Assembly (NCBI RefSeq): GCF_000023965.1
Contig: NC_013202.1
Coordinates: forward strand, 2,040,001 to 2,072,000
Direction: 5' to 3'
Source: Halomicrobium mukohataei DSM 12286
Lineage (GTDB): Archaea > Halobacteriota > Halobacteria > Halobacteriales > Haloarculaceae
DNA: 32,000 nucleotides
A program made the position numbers and the translations under genes. The notes beneath the pieces were generated by a model. That model saw only the letters and a list, made by a program, of their open reading frames with translations, searched no databases and was not told the DNA's origin. Below are positions 31,601-32,000 of this stretch, piece after piece; positions within the stretch are counted from its first letter, which is position 1; the number at the start of each line of letters is the position of its first letter.

Positions 31601-32000
31601 GAACCGGATTCGGACGTTCAACTGAACATCACGGTCGAGAACGCCGGCAACGCGGACGGAAGCGAGACAGTTCTGGTTACTGCGGGTGAGCACCGCTGGA
31701 CGACCGACGTGACCGTGCCGTCGCAGGAACGCAAGACAGTCAGCATTCGACGGTCGCTCTCGCAGGCAGGATCGTATACGGTCGAATCCGGGGACGTCAG
31801 TGCCGGGACACTCACGGTGACGGCGTCGAAGCCGGTATCGAACGAGACTACGACGCCAACACCGGTATCGACGGTCGACTCGACAGATACCGAGACTGCA
31901 GTCGAGACGGTGTCGGCCGACCAGACTGACACACCGGCCAAGTCACCGCCTCCAACGGATCGAACGACGCCCGAAGAGACGGTGACGGAGACGCTCGCCG
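28685..32000 (+). CDS. large secreted cell-surface glycoprotein-like protein, 5' part only (runs off the window); not in the supplied ORF track
   Basis: - I translated frame 2 codon by codon from the ATG at 28685 to 31999 and found no stop (1105 codons). The in-frame upstream stop is at 28625-28627.
- N-terminal signal peptide: MTAATPGGRSLRSLWLATLLVVSACCVPGLLVGTAAAANS.
- Many N-x-S/T sequons and an internal module duplication.
- CARDB-like domain at about 31555-31830 (VDIEIVDVTLANQTIEPDSDVQLNITVENAGNADGSE).
- D/G-rich and T/P-rich linkers near the end. Confidence 0.85.
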   Translation, partial: MTAATPGGRSLRSLWLATLLVVSACCVPGLLVGTAAAANSPTAPEISGNPAVTIDESATRTVDVSFEVTNLNENQSGGPVDFTVAPGEGVTATSVSAVSVSGDGVVVSDASVDGGEVSFALNQSTRAYDPETITLHNVVLAADEVSFPDLAANLSVSVIDAGGSNASVTNVDAIRINETATPEFLYAPNVTDADDDGTLSAGEKLTVSGEVAPTPVQPSEIRATGANVTANGGYVTSDSVWTSDTPVGQSRVLFHGFFTSSQRVDTVEVTFANEPPNSLRVQHGATREIVTPTNRTVRANVSGGESSLVLLDDRDESSTHHLQVSDIDLYRNGSKIDESWGYTGFTTRVESGVADELSSPDGDWETRMPLASNYAFVDVVLDEPQPITGLRLDQAPSNYSSNGTVRLLNTTGGDRNHVANWDRNVTSAETELSIPATSADTVQLRSTRSAADRPWTIEQITPLVEPTADTTSVTIDASSIGAGTVDATVENGSFAATIQPDVSSVEDGTYTLPVTITDEDGNSRTIQSTSVTVAKAPEQSVAIEERIVSGPADGSMAINVSLVDTDRATISISHEQSDYRSTSVIEDDSGDGTVTVQFDPSSDSNTITTANPSDTVGHLSLSPVPETSDGDYLVRTKPVLNDSGPFPVADSALLSFGTPEPDVSGQPTIALRDSGGDGVLDDGESLTAVVDSTQSLDPDRTAVAATNQSTGTNVSSNSRPIALETDQLTWISDHSLDSARYEIVLQPDGPRPISGVEIAHANGSAMPEHVAVIVTDADGKEQVYNRSLASRNETLTIPTTEAKALRIVDRDRTRTRSWHVTDLSFVVPGGAYETGTINATSLGAGTVVMSEGQSGALSATFEPDLSVTSRDEAQLPVTLTSYDDRFFLGVSESISIASSTDAGQDDGGGGDSGDQTDSNDDGTDGNDDGPSRETGDGVSGGSTAPTGPVSSGSTGTNVDIEIVDVTLANQTIEPDSDVQLNITVENAGNADGSETVLVTAGEHRWTTDVTVPSQERKTVSIRRSLSQAGSYTVESGDVSAGTLTVTASKPVSNETTTPTPVSTVDSTDTETAVETVSADQTDTPAKSPPPTDRTTPEETVTETLA

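Overview
Haloarchaeal-type chromosomal segment: about 65-68% GC outside the islands, acidic proteins, and TATA-like boxes 24-29 nt upstream of start codons. No searches were run, so product names rest on motifs I recognise by eye.

Layout:
1. 40-2458, minus strand: tightly overlapping operon of rps15, a RecJ-like DHH protein, a Pcc1-like protein and rps3ae.
2. 2776-7989, cassette 1: six genes whose products all start with an archaeal class III (prepilin-type) signal peptide. A 580-aa plus-strand protein (F1) converges on five coupled minus-strand genes (A1 to E1).
3. 8168-8239: tRNA-Ala(GGC), followed by two decayed tRNA 3'-end-like fragments.
4. About 8.4-16.5 kb: a low-GC block (hand counts 43-48% on sampled lines) carrying cassette 2. 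This is a collinear but highly divergent second copy of the same six-gene module. Its F member is a ~1290-aa pilin-anchored protein with seven CARDB-like repeats and a Cys-containing central domain.
5. 16479-21010: one PilC-like platform gene and one PilB-like ATPase gene.
6. 21.1-28.3 kb, housekeeping genes: Lrp/AsnC plus aminotransferase, a thioredoxin-like protein, BtpA-family, MscS-family, an O-methyltransferase, a CheC-like protein and an acyl-CoA dehydrogenase.
7. 28685 to the window end: a >1100-codon secreted surface-protein ORF that is missing from the supplied ORF track because it has no stop codon in the window.

Main hunt results:
- Two alternative six-gene prepilin-like (tip complex plus adhesin?) cassettes sit beside a single type IV filament motor. 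One of them is compositionally foreign and lies next to a tRNA.
- A conserved 12-mer, ACTG(T/C)CGGCTGT, sits just after stop codons in both cassettes.

No CRISPR array, IS element, integrase or recognisable defence genes were seen.
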